Source of the DNA: Candidatus Nanoarchaeia archaeon | GTDB taxonomy: Archaea > Nanobdellota > Nanobdellia > Woesearchaeales > JAGLXL01 | Assembly: GCA_035289325.1 (NCBI GenBank) | Contig: DATDXM010000042.1 | Coordinates: 1 to 43,890, forward strand | Direction of reading: 5' to 3' | Length of the DNA stretch: 43,890 nucleotides | Part shown: positions 32,841 through 42,500 of the stretch, in pieces | Layout: each line of letters starts with the position of its first letter | Numbering within the stretch: position 1 is the first letter of the stretch | Notes under the pieces: model-generated | What the model was told of the DNA's origin: nothing | Database searches by the model: none | Seen by the model: only the letters and a program-made list of their open reading frames with translations | Program-made: the position numbers and the translations under genes

Positions 32841-33737
32841 ATGTTGCTGGCTTACATGAAAAACAAAGATGTTCGCATTGCACTCGTCCAAATGAGTATG
32901 ACTGCGTCAATGGATGCAAATCTGCGAAAAGCAATACTGCAGATTGAACTTGCAGCAAAGAGAGGCGCACAGATTGTTGCGCTTCCAGAATTATTTTTGT
33001 CGCCGTACTTTCCTCAAGAAAGAAAAAAACGCGCGTCAGATGCGTATCTCATCAAAATAGCAAGTGAACCTATTGAGCAGCTCTGTGAAGCTGCACGAGA
33101 TAATCATGTAGTGCTTGTTGCAGGTTCAGTCTATGAGAAGAGCGGGCAGAAGAAGTATAACACAGCACTTGTGATTGACAGCAATGGTCAGCTGCTCGGC
33201 ACATATAGAAAAATGCATATTCCCCATGATCCGTCATTTTACGAGCTTGATTATTTTGAGCCAGGCAATCTCGGCTATTGCGTGTTCCAGACGAGTGTTG
33301 GAAAAATAGGGGTGCTTATCTGTTATGACCAATGGTTCCCTGAAGCCGCACGAAGCGCTGCACTAAAAGGAGCAGATATTATCTTTTATCCTACGGCGAT
33401 TGGCCATGTCGAGGGCGTTGAAGAAGTTGAAGGCGACTGGATTGATGCATGGATGACTGTGCAGCGCGGGCATGCGATATCAAACAACGTTTATGTTGCA
33501 CCGATTAACAGAGTTGGACGTGAGGGTAAGATGATATTCTTCGGCAATTCTTTTGTTTGCGGACCATTTGGAACGATGCTTGCACGAGGCTCTGAACATG
33601 GAGAAGAGCTTGTACTTGCTGACTGCAACTTTGCAGAAAATAGAAATGCGCGTGACGGATGGCGGTTTTTTGCCAGCAGGCGGCCTGAGACATATAAAGG
33701 AGTTACAGAGCGATTACAGAAAAGGATAAAGAAATGA
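32841..33737 (+). CDS. aguB: carbon-nitrogen hydrolase, N-carbamoylputrescine amidase-like
   Basis: The nitrilase-superfamily E-K-C triad context is present (ALPELF, YRKMHIP, GVLICYDQWFPE). It overlaps aguA by 4 nt. Confidence 0.75.
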   Translation: MLLAYMKNKDVRIALVQMSMTASMDANLRKAILQIELAAKRGAQIVALPELFLSPYFPQERKKRASDAYLIKIASEPIEQLCEAARDNHVVLVAGSVYEKSGQKKYNTALVIDSNGQLLGTYRKMHIPHDPSFYELDYFEPGNLGYCVFQTSVGKIGVLICYDQWFPEAARSAALKGADIIFYPTAIGHVEGVEEVEGDWIDAWMTVQRGHAISNNVYVAPINRVGREGKMIFFGNSFVCGPFGTMLARGSEHGEELVLADCNFAENRNARDGWRFFASRRPETYKGVTERLQKRIKK

Positions 33738-34825
33738 ACCAAACACCACGAGCGTTTGGCTATCGGATGCCTGCAGAATGGAAAAAACATCAAGGGACAC
33801 TGCTTGCATGGCCGCATAATCCAACAACGTGGGAAGGCATTGTAAAAGAAGCTGAACATGTATGGCTTGGCATGATTGAAGCGCTGCACACAGGAGAGAA
33901 AATACTGCTGCTGGTGAATAACGCTGCAGAAGAAAAAAAAGTACGAGGATTGTTGCGAAAACGAGATGTTGATCTTAAACAAATTGAGTTTTTTCACATT
34001 CAAACTGCTGATGTATGGCTGCGGGATTCTGCGCCGATTTTTGTGACGCGGGCAGCCGGGAAGAAGACAGAAAGAGCGGCCATCCAGTGGACATTCAACG
34101 CATGGGGAGAAAAGTATGATGATCTGCTGGCAGACAAAGGGCTGTCAGAGCGCATTGCACAACGAATGAACGAGAAGAACAGGTTTGTTCCAGGTATCGT
34201 GCTGGAGGGCGGCTCGATTGATGTCAATGGACGCGGCACACTGGTAACAACTGAACAATGTTTGCTGAACAAAAACAGGAATCCACTGCTGACAAAAGCT
34301 GAAATCGAGAAGTATCTTAAAGAATATTTGGGCGTTTCCACTATTATATGGCTAAAGAGAGGCGTTGCAGGCGATGATACCGATGGTCATGTGGATGACT
34401 TTGCACGATTTGTAAATGAGAAGACTATTGTCTGTGCGGTTGAGGAAAATGAAAAAGATGCAAATTATGCCGTGCTGAAAGAGAATTTTGAGCTGCTGAA
34501 GAGAAGTGTCGACCAAGACGGCAAGAAATTGACAGTTGTTCCGCTGCCGATGCCGAAAATTGTACGCGGCAGAGAAGGACGATTGCCTGCAAGCTATGCG
34601 AATTTTTATATTGGAAATAAGGCAGTTGTTGTGCCCATATTTAACGACAAAAGTGATGATCGAGCACTTGAAATATTACAAAAATGTTTCCCTGACAAGA
34701 AAGTTGTCGGTGTTCGCTCAGAAACTATTGTTGAAGGGTTTGGCGGGCTGCACTGTGTGACACAGCAGGTGCCGACGATAGAAAATAAAAATCCCAGCCG
34801 CCCCGAGGGGCGGGGTATTGATTAG
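33734..34825 (+). CDS. aguA: agmatine deiminase
   Basis: YRMPAEWKKHQGTLLAWPHN, DVWLRDSAPIF, GDDTDGHVDDFARF and GGLHCVTQQ (catalytic Cys) are present. The last roughly 16 codons run into a hairpin element. Confidence 0.85.
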   Translation: MNQTPRAFGYRMPAEWKKHQGTLLAWPHNPTTWEGIVKEAEHVWLGMIEALHTGEKILLLVNNAAEEKKVRGLLRKRDVDLKQIEFFHIQTADVWLRDSAPIFVTRAAGKKTERAAIQWTFNAWGEKYDDLLADKGLSERIAQRMNEKNRFVPGIVLEGGSIDVNGRGTLVTTEQCLLNKNRNPLLTKAEIEKYLKEYLGVSTIIWLKRGVAGDDTDGHVDDFARFVNEKTIVCAVEENEKDANYAVLKENFELLKRSVDQDGKKLTVVPLPMPKIVRGREGRLPASYANFYIGNKAVVVPIFNDKSDDRALEILQKCFPDKKVVGVRSETIVEGFGGLHCVTQQVPTIENKNPSRPEGRGID

Positions 34826-34891
34826 TTAATTAGAGCTGGGATTTTTAAAGTTGCAAAAACCCAATCACCGCAAGCGGTGGGGTATTTGCAA
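34787..34891. repeat. two consecutive GC-rich hairpins at the aguA 3' end
   Basis: AAAAATCCCAGC (34787-34798) pairs with GCTGGGATTTTT (34835-34846) and encloses CCGCCCC-GAG-GGGCGG. TTGCAAAAACCCAATCACCGC-AA-GCGGTGGGGTATTTGCAA lies at 34851-34891. Confidence 0.5.
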
Positions 34892-34925
34892 CAAATAAAT
34901 GAATGGGATGGTGTCTTATTCGTGC

Positions 34926-35297
34926 TTAGTTCTTCAGATTCAATTCAACAAATTCCAAAAAAGAATGAAGCGCAATGAGCGGCTTGCTTGAGATGTTGCT
35001 CTCTTTGACATTGCTCTCTGAACCATCATGAAAGTGCTTTGGAAAAGTCATTATGTGCCTGTGCTTCTTATGAGGCGCATTATCGTGCCTATAGATACTA
35101 CCATCCAGCCGTTGCCAATGATACGAATATTTTTCGCCGCTTAACCAAATTTCAAGAAACGAGCCATCGCTCATAAACAAACGCAAGCTTTTTGCTGTGT
35201 TTAGGGGACCATGAGTTATAATGCCCGATAGAATAATGTCTGGAAAATCGAGAAGTGCTGCCCGCTTCAGCTCATCATAGGTATTTTCTGCATCCAC
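34926..35297 (-). CDS. TumE/DUF6516-like toxin-family protein
   Basis: YSYHWQRLDGSIYRHDNAPHKKHRHIMTFPKHFHDGSE matches the RyDNAPHH..tfPhHkH signature as I recall it. Confidence 0.5.
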   Translation of the reverse strand: MDAENTYDELKRAALLDFPDIILSGIITHGPLNTAKSLRLFMSDGSFLEIWLSGEKYSYHWQRLDGSIYRHDNAPHKKHRHIMTFPKHFHDGSESNVKESNISSKPLIALHSFLEFVELNLKN

Positions 35298-35560
35298 TCG
35301 CTCACCGCTTTTACTTTTTTACTCAAATTTTCCCAGTAAATAAGCTGTTCCCATGCGGGGTGCTCTTCAACTCGGCCTGATTCAATCTTCTGCTTCAGCT
35401 CATTCGGTGTTTCTACATCGAACTCATGTTTCAGCTTTGTAATTTCAACAGAAGCATTGCGCAACTCTCTTTCCAGAAATGCAGGGATACTTTCATCTAA
35501 TATTTTGACTTCTGAAAGTTCTAAATCCTTTGACAGCTGGGTCAGCATAGACTTTTTCAT
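35267..35560 (-). CDS. hypothetical helical protein, upstream partner of the TumE-like gene
   Basis: 97 aa, overlapping the downstream gene by 31 nt. A TATA (TTTTTATAGATATATT on the minus strand) lies upstream. Confidence 0.4.
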   Translation of the reverse strand: MKKSMLTQLSKDLELSEVKILDESIPAFLERELRNASVEITKLKHEFDVETPNELKQKIESGRVEEHPAWEQLIYWENLSKKVKAVSEWMQKIPMMS

Positions 35561-35604
35561 ACTATCACAAGAGTAATATATCTATAAAAATCTTTGTGTT
35601 TTTG

Positions 35605-35945
35605 GTACGTAATTAGTCTATTATATTTATCTTTGTAAAAATGTTGTTCTTCTCTTCTGGAGGGCAGAGCCCTCTAGAAGATACAAGAGGACTAAAAATG
35701 AAATTTTTGTCCTCTATGTATCCATGGCAGCGACTGTCAAAATTTGCGAATTTTGCCTGTTGTGAGCATAGCTCACTTCCAAATCAGTCTTTTCTACGGA
35801 AAAGATGATTCTATTTCGCACGTGCTTAGAAGCGTGGCTTCTGGCACATCAAGAAGCTGAGGCTTCTTAATGATTGTTATCGTGCTTCATCGCGCCACGA
35901 AGAACAACATTTTTACTACTATTTTACGAACGACTAATTACGTAC
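35605..35945. repeat. GC-rich hairpin element E3 (largest E-type copy)
   Basis: The outer inverted repeats are GTACGTAATTAGTC (35605-35618) and GACTAATTACGTAC (35932-35945). The inner closing stem is ATGTTGTTCTTC/GAAGAACAACAT. The interior has at least 7 hairpins, for example TCTTCTGGAGGG-CAGAG-CCCTCTAGAAGA and GTGAGC-ATA-GCTCAC. Confidence 0.6.
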
Positions 35946-35954
35946 ATATAAGCG

Positions 35955-36304
35955 GCGATATTGAAAATGTCAGAAACAAGGTTTCTGAGCACGATCAGAA
36001 ATCTGTGGATTTCTGACGGTTCTCGCTTAGTAAGAAGCTAGTCAGCATTGCTATGCTCGACACGTACCTCGGTGGTGTCAACTCGCTCGGCAAAAATCGG
36101 GATGTCAGATTAACACATTTTATGCTTTCATCCTCTTATTGATTTTTGTTCCACGAAAAAGATGCAGAGCAATAGGAAAGTAGCTACTCGTACTTCGTAC
36201 CGAGACATCGGCGCCTCGCTCGTAAATCAAAGACACCACACGCAAAGTTACCTTTGCTAGTCGCGTTCGGCAACTGCCTCGCGACCAACACTTTTCAATA
36301 TCGC
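35955..36304. mobile_element. MITE-like element M2 (350 bp) with flanking 9-10 bp direct duplication
   Basis: It has the same termini as M1. (C)ATATAAGCG occurs at 35945-35954 and again at 36305-36314, immediately outside the inverted repeats. Confidence 0.65.
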
Positions 36305-36319
36305 CATATAAGCGACATG

Positions 36320-36327
36320 TTTATAAG
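36320..36327 (+). promoter_or_regulatory. TATA box for hicB-hicA
   Basis: TTTATAAG lies 23 nt upstream of the ATG at 36350. Confidence 0.45.
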
Positions 36328-36349
36328 TTTCTTCAGTTATAGTAATGCT

Positions 36350-36586
36350 ATGACAAAAAAAAAACATTATCTTGATATTGTTATCATGAAAGAGAAATTG
36401 AGCACTGGCGCGCCAGTTTTTGTTGTTCATTGTATAAGTTTAGGAATAACGAGCCAAGGGAGCACAATTGAGGAAGCACATCGAAACATAAAAGAGGCAA
36501 TTGATTTGTATCTTGAGGAATGCCCTGAAAAGATTGATGAAGTTGCTTCAGAGAGTCCACCTACATTCTCTTATGTTGAGGTGTAG
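36350..36586 (+). CDS. hicB: HicB-family antitoxin
   Basis: VFVVHCISLGITSQGSTIEEAHRNIKEAIDLYLEE is the HicB N-terminal fold signature. The start is set at MTKKKHYL, because the track start at 36254 lies inside element M2. Confidence 0.7.
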   Translation: MTKKKHYLDIVIMKEKLSTGAPVFVVHCISLGITSQGSTIEEAHRNIKEAIDLYLEECPEKIDEVASESPPTFSYVEV

Positions 36587-36588
36587 AC

Positions 36589-36771
36589 ATGCCGAAGTTG
36601 CCGGTTGTTTCTGGGCATGATGTTCTCAAAGCACTTTCCCGCATTGGCTTTATTCATGTTCGCACTAACGGAAGCCATGCAATTCTGAAAAGAGATGGAA
36701 AAGTTGTTCCTGTGCCACTTCACAAGGAGCTGGCAAAAGGGACGTTGCTGAGTATTATCTATCAAGACTAA
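36589..36771 (+). CDS. hicA: HicA-family mRNA interferase toxin
   Basis: SGHDVLKALSRIGFIHVRTNGSHAILKRDGKVVPVPLH contains the GSH motif. Length is 60 aa. Confidence 0.8.
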   Translation: MPKLPVVSGHDVLKALSRIGFIHVRTNGSHAILKRDGKVVPVPLHKELAKGTLLSIIYQD

Positions 36772-36809
36772 CGAGAGAAGAATTTGTGAAAATGTTGAAA
36801 TGAAAAGCA

Positions 36810-37862
36810 CTAACCCAAGTCATTCGACGCTTTCAAGCTATCCAAATATTTTGCAAAGTTATGTTTTGGGCGGTTTTTCCAGCTGCCTTTGTGATACGCA
36901 TAACTTGCAAGCAGCGGCAATGACATCGTTGCTTCAGAATACACCATCTGTTCATAGGTCGTATCAACCTTGCCCCATGAGCTTGCTTCTTTTAATGTTG
37001 AACTTGAGCATGCGCCGTCACGGACGTCTGCAACGGTAATCTGCACGGCATACTTGTGAACAGGGACATTTTTGCCCAACACTTCTGCACAAACAACTGT
37101 ATCCTGTGCAAAATTCTTTGGCACGCCACCGCCAATCATCAGCAGACCAGAGGTGGGCGATTTCATTTTGATCTTTGTCAATTCGAGAAAATCTTTTACT
37201 GAATCTATTGAAACGTGCGCCTTAGGCGAATTCCATTGATGGTGAACTAAGCCGAAACCTGCAGATGAATCAGAAAATGCAGGGCAAAAGATTGGAACAT
37301 TATGCTCAAATGCAAGCTGGATGAGCGAGTTTTTCTTCTTTGCATTTTTTGTCAAGTAACGGCCCATCTCACGGATGAATTCACGGCTGGAGAGAACGCC
37401 TGATTTCAAGGAGTCGGCAATTTTTCCAATTGTTCGGTCACATACCTGCAGCTGCTCTTCATCAATAAAAGTGTCATAAATACGGTCAACATACAGGCTG
37501 CGCAGCTTCTTGTCATCAACAAAAGGTGTGCCTTGATAATGCTTGAACCCAAGCGCTTCAAAAAAGTCCATATCAACAATACTTGCACCAGTTGCAACAA
37601 TTACATCGACCATATTATTTTTTATTAGGTCTGCATAAATTTGCATGCAGCCGCCTGCGCTTGTGCTGCCCGCAAGTGTGAGAATGATTGCACAGTCTTT
37701 TTCTCGGAGCATCATGTCATAGATTTCAGCTGCACGAGCGAGGTCGCGCGACGAAAATGACATATGTTTGTAACTTTCGAGAATGGGTGTTGCATCAAAC
37801 GATTTAATGTCAATGTGCTTTACTTCTTTGTTGAGAAGCTCTTTTTTTTCTTTCTGCATCAC
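36810..37862 (-). CDS. dys: deoxyhypusine synthase
   Basis: ILTLAGSTSAGGCMQIYADLIKNNMVDVIVATGASIVDMDFFEALG ... MIGGGVPKNF ... SSWGKV match the family. Length is 350 aa. Confidence 0.9.
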   Translation of the reverse strand: MMQKEKKELLNKEVKHIDIKSFDATPILESYKHMSFSSRDLARAAEIYDMMLREKDCAIILTLAGSTSAGGCMQIYADLIKNNMVDVIVATGASIVDMDFFEALGFKHYQGTPFVDDKKLRSLYVDRIYDTFIDEEQLQVCDRTIGKIADSLKSGVLSSREFIREMGRYLTKNAKKKNSLIQLAFEHNVPIFCPAFSDSSAGFGLVHHQWNSPKAHVSIDSVKDFLELTKIKMKSPTSGLLMIGGGVPKNFAQDTVVCAEVLGKNVPVHKYAVQITVADVRDGACSSSTLKEASSWGKVDTTYEQMVYSEATMSLPLLASYAYHKGSWKNRPKHNFAKYLDSLKASNDLG

Positions 37863-38012
37863 GTTGGATGATGTGGTCTTGTATTTAAAACATTTGGTAA
37901 TTTAGTTGGCGAAATAGCACCAGTGAATTACCGATGTGTTCAAAAACCACATTGAGGTGTGGTTTTTGACATTTTCGTGCGCGAAATTTTAAAGAAATGT
38001 TGAAAAGATAAA

Positions 38013-38696
38013 CTACTGCCGAAGAAATCCAAGCGCTTCATCAGCGGCAACTGCCTCTGGGCCACCAGTGCGTTCACCAAAAATAAAACCGTGAGTGTTC
38101 GTGATGATGCCTGCCCCAACAAAAGGACTGCCAAGGTTGATTGTGCCCCGTGTCACCGGTACTTCAAGAAGCTCTTGCACCCATGCTGCCTGTTCAGGTG
38201 TTGCAAATGCAGAGAGCAAGCAGCCTTTATCGTTCAGCGCGGCAAGCGAGCCAATCGTCGGGATGTTTTCAATCGGATTAATTTCAATATGCTTGACGCC
38301 CAGAGCAACTTTAATTTCATCTTTCCATGGCTCGAGGACGGGCGAGATGATACACGCATGATCATTTGCGATCATGTTGTTGCCCAGTGCGTTGAAATCA
38401 GTGTTGAGAATATGATGCTTGATACCCAACTTGTTGAGAATGGCAATCTCGTCATCATCAATTATTGATGGGATGAGAATGCATTTATTGTTTCCAGCGA
38501 CAAATGCGCCAATCAGCGAGCTGTGATAAAGACTGAGCTTATGGACAGGAACTTTCAATGCTTTATGTATCTCATCAACTTGTGTTGCAGTTGCATCGTT
38601 TCCCAATAGGCAGACTTGGTCGTTGGCAAAGCCATACAGCCCAATATTGGGGTTTTGGTGGAATGATGTGCGGTAAAGATGGGACATAACGAGCAT
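38013..38696 (-). CDS. eif6: translation initiation factor aIF6
   Basis: 227 aa with a five-fold pseudo-repeat (..PNIGLYGFANDQVCLLG.., ..SLIGAFVAGNNKCILIP.., ..ALGNNMIANDHACIISP.., ..TIGSLAALNDKGCLLS.., ..PFVGAGIITNTHGFIFG..). Confidence 0.85.
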   Translation of the reverse strand: MLVMSHLYRTSFHQNPNIGLYGFANDQVCLLGNDATATQVDEIHKALKVPVHKLSLYHSSLIGAFVAGNNKCILIPSIIDDDEIAILNKLGIKHHILNTDFNALGNNMIANDHACIISPVLEPWKDEIKVALGVKHIEINPIENIPTIGSLAALNDKGCLLSAFATPEQAAWVQELLEVPVTRGTINLGSPFVGAGIITNTHGFIFGERTGGPEAVAADEALGFLRQ

Positions 38697-38722
38697 GTTA
38701 AGCTTATGGTTTAAAAATCTTG

Positions 38723-39508
38723 TTACGAAGCATCAATCCCTAATTCCCTATCCACCTGTTTCTTTGTATTCAGCAGCTGGATGTCTATCTCGCCAAAGTG
38801 ATGCTGCTGAAGCAAATCAATCTTTCGCTGGTTGTCAAGATGGAGCAACGGAATAAACGTGTAGACTTTTTCCTCTCGCGTTGCTTCCTTGGGCAGCAGC
38901 TTTGTAAATGTCAACCGCGGATTTTTTTCAGCGCTCTGATGAAAATATGTCTTGATGCGCGAATAGACATCGCGAATGACCTGGGTAATATCAAATTTTC
39001 TTTTTGGGATGGTTATCTTTATATTGGGGAGAGCACGGTCAAGCTTGCGTTTCTTGACTTCCAAGGCTTTTTGGAGCGCTTCAGCAAGATCATAGATAGT
39101 GATTTTACGCCGGCGAGGCTGCGGTGTTCGTGGAATCAGCTGCGGGTTTTCGCCGTCAATCTTGTCAGCAACCTGAAACAATTCATGTGAAAATTCGGAA
39201 AAGAAATTGTCGTCAACGAAGTCAGGCTCTTGTGAGCGTGCAAGCAATCTGTCCAACTCGTCCATGCCATGCTCAAGTAAATGTTCTGTCTTAATTTTAA
39301 GCATGACAGCAGCAGCCAAAAGGACTTTGCCCGAGATGCGGAAGTCCATCTGCTGCATCTTCTTAATCGTCTCAATATATTTTTGAGTCAGCACAGTAAC
39401 GTCAATGTCCCAAGGATTCATTTGTTCTGTACGGACTAATTCATAGAGCAGCGTCTTCCATGTAACATCGTCTTTGTCAAGGAGAAGGTGTAATGCCTCT
39501 TGTTCCAT
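38723..39508 (-). CDS. scpA: segregation and condensation protein A (kleisin)
   Basis: NPWDIDVTVLTQKYIETIKKMQQMDFRISGKVLLAAAVMLKIKTE is the ScpA N-terminal signature. Confidence 0.7.
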   Translation of the reverse strand: MEQEALHLLLDKDDVTWKTLLYELVRTEQMNPWDIDVTVLTQKYIETIKKMQQMDFRISGKVLLAAAVMLKIKTEHLLEHGMDELDRLLARSQEPDFVDDNFFSEFSHELFQVADKIDGENPQLIPRTPQPRRRKITIYDLAEALQKALEVKKRKLDRALPNIKITIPKRKFDITQVIRDVYSRIKTYFHQSAEKNPRLTFTKLLPKEATREEKVYTFIPLLHLDNQRKIDLLQQHHFGEIDIQLLNTKKQVDRELGIDAS

Positions 39509-39558
39509 GGAGCAGAGTAAAATGCGAGTGTATTTAAAGGTTGTTGGCTTGGAAAGTG

Positions 39559-42500
39559 TTAACTGAATTGACTCAGAGCATTGAGAATTTCGTATTCGTT
39601 GACGGCATAGAAGTCATCAAATGGAGGTCCTTGGCATTCGATTGCATCAATCATGCAAGCTCTTTTCCAGCTCTGGTAGCGCATTATTGAGTTATATGTT
39701 GGGCGGACATAACTTGCACACTGCTCGCCACAATCACCACCACAACCTTCGAAGAAACTGATTCCATTCAAACCTGCCCATTTAACCTGCGCTTCTTGCT
39801 CATTTGCCATGCAATTGGGTCCAGTGTTGAAATGCAAATCTTCAACCACATTTGGATCATCTCGTGATTCAAGGAAGTGATAGTATTCGTCTTCCAGACT
39901 TCCGATGCCATGTCCGAGCTCGTGCGTTAGAAGCCTGCCCGGATGAGCTTCTGCCAGCATGGAAACTACACAAGGCGTTCCAAAGTAGCAGTATGACCTA
40001 AAGCCGCGATTTGCTAGCAGAACAGTGTAATCTGCGTGAGGACAAAAACTCTGAAGAGAATATAGATCATCATCGCTGGCCCGTACACCCAAACTAGGAT
40101 CATCTTCATCTTCAAAATACTGTATCCTGCCATCTGCCATAATATACCAAATGTTAAATTTGGCTTTTATTGATTTCAGCGGTTCTCGACTGAAAAAACC
40201 TTCTGCATCCGTATCAAATGATTGTCCTTCATAATCAAGTAATTCGCTGATGATTTGCCTGAAGCCTGATTCAGTAAAAAAACCATCGCCGATGAAGAGT
40301 AGATCGGCTTTTTGTTCTGAAGGTCCATTTGAGATAAGATTTTTACATCCACTCAGGGGAGTTATTCGAGCGGGCTCGCATGTAGCTGTTGATGGTACTT
40401 CAGTACTGTACCTGCTCACATCTATTTTTGGAGAAAGCGAAACGCCCAAAAATTCACCGAGACTGGGGATTTCGCCACGAATGCGTTTCGTCATTTCTTT
40501 TTTTAGGGCATTTTTGATTTGCTCTTGACGGCGAGTTAATGAAGATGCACTATCGCATGGTGTTCCAGACTGAACGCACGACTGTTTTGTGCGGATGCAG
40601 GCTTTCCATTTATCAACAATGTCATTTGCTTTGTCTTCGTAGCGCTGGGCCGCCAGAGAGGGTAGACCATGTACATTGATATGCACATAGTCCGAGACTT
40701 TTTCCTGATGCCAAAAGTCTTTCTGAAAGAAATTTGTTTGGAATTGATCAAGAATGTATCCTGCGATATCACTTGCCAGAGAATATGATTGAATCTGCTG
40801 AAGAGCCTGCTGCTTAAAGTCCTCAGCTCCCACTAGAGATCGCAAATCGGCGATAAGAGTTCGCGCCTGTTCCTCATCCAGCCCATAGGGACCCATCAAT
40901 TCTACCCAGATTTCGTCTGGTTGAATATTGAATGTAGCGCAGTCAATGTCTGTCCCCACTTCATAATCATTTACTTTGCAGATTAAATTTTGAAGTTCTA
41001 CTTCTTGGTAGCATTGTCCATCAGAATCGCATTGAAAATCAAGTGGACAGCCGCAGGTGGCACAGTTATTGACCACTGTTAGGTCGCTCGTGCAAAATTG
41101 GGGAGAGTCTGTCATGCAGATCTCAGGAGTGTCGCACGTCAGGCAAGGTCCGCACGAGCCACCACAATCCATTCCTGTTTCATCTTGGTTCATAATGCCA
41201 TCAAAACAACTTTCAGAACAGATCGGTCGTGAACTAAATTCTGTTATCGAAATACTGCACTTGCCTGGGCAGTCTAATTGTTCACAGCTGCAACCTTGTG
41301 CATTAACGGAAGATTCAACCGTGCCCGGGCATCGATCGAGGGCATCTGGAATACTGTCATGATCTTCATCTGCATAGTGCTTTTGAGAGGGATCTACAAC
41401 AAAATTGAGCTCTCTGTAATTTGAGGTATCCTGGATTGTAGAGCTGCCGACAATATTGCCATTCCACAAGAAATTAATGGGCTCGCCAAGTGGACCGATA
41501 ATTCGGCCAAAATAGTCGCCTGTTTGAATGTTAAAAGAAAAAATAGTGTCTCCGAGTAGGGCAACCAAGACCCCACCCACGGGAGCACCTTGTGTGTTTG
41601 TTACCCTGCCTTTGAAAAAATTTGCACGATTATTGTCAATGGGATCCGGAACAGTACTATCAACAGTGACTGTTGCTGCTCCAAGGAGCACGCCTTGATT
41701 AGTAAAATCTAAGAAACCCTCTTCAATGCTGTAAATAGTAAATATAATTGTGAAATCTCCTCGAGGAGTGCCATCATCCATTTTCAATTCAATTATTTTT
41801 GAGACTGCTCCACCAGAAGGAATCCATTGACTCACGTCTGAGCCGATTATGTTGAATTGAATATTCGTAATCTCGACTTGGCCAGAATTGTATGTGAAAG
41901 AAATATATCCTGTAGGCACACCACTATCCAGCAGATTGAAAGTGTAAGCACCCGGTGAGATAGCAGAGATGGCACTGCTGAATGAAATGCCCATGTAGCC
42001 AAGCTGCTGACCTGCCTGAGAAAATTCCAATTGAGTACCAGCATCAACATGTGTGGATGAGACGCCTGTGCCCAACGGCAATGGCTGCGTATTTGCAAAA
42101 GACAAGTCAAGAGTTCCAGAAATGGGCAATCCTCTTTCTGGAATTATCTGTATTTCATCAATGCTAAGGCTTGTTCCTAAAACGTGAACAGTAGTTCCTG
42201 ATAAACCTAAATAATTTCGGTTTTGCAGCACGCGGGCAGCCATTTGTGTACCAAAGTCCGTTGATCCGACAACTATGACCTGCGGATTTCCCGTGAGGCT
42301 TCTCTGTATTCTGATCATTCCATCATGTGGTACGCTGTCACGGCACGTCTGAGCATCTGGATAGCGAAGATAGGAAAGTGTAACAGTATTGTCGCAACCG
42401 ATTGTGATCGTGGGGAGTGAAATGTCAGGATGCCGTAAGGCACTGATTGTCTGCGCGGTAGGTAATTGTGAGGCAATATCTGATGCAGCATCATTTTCTT

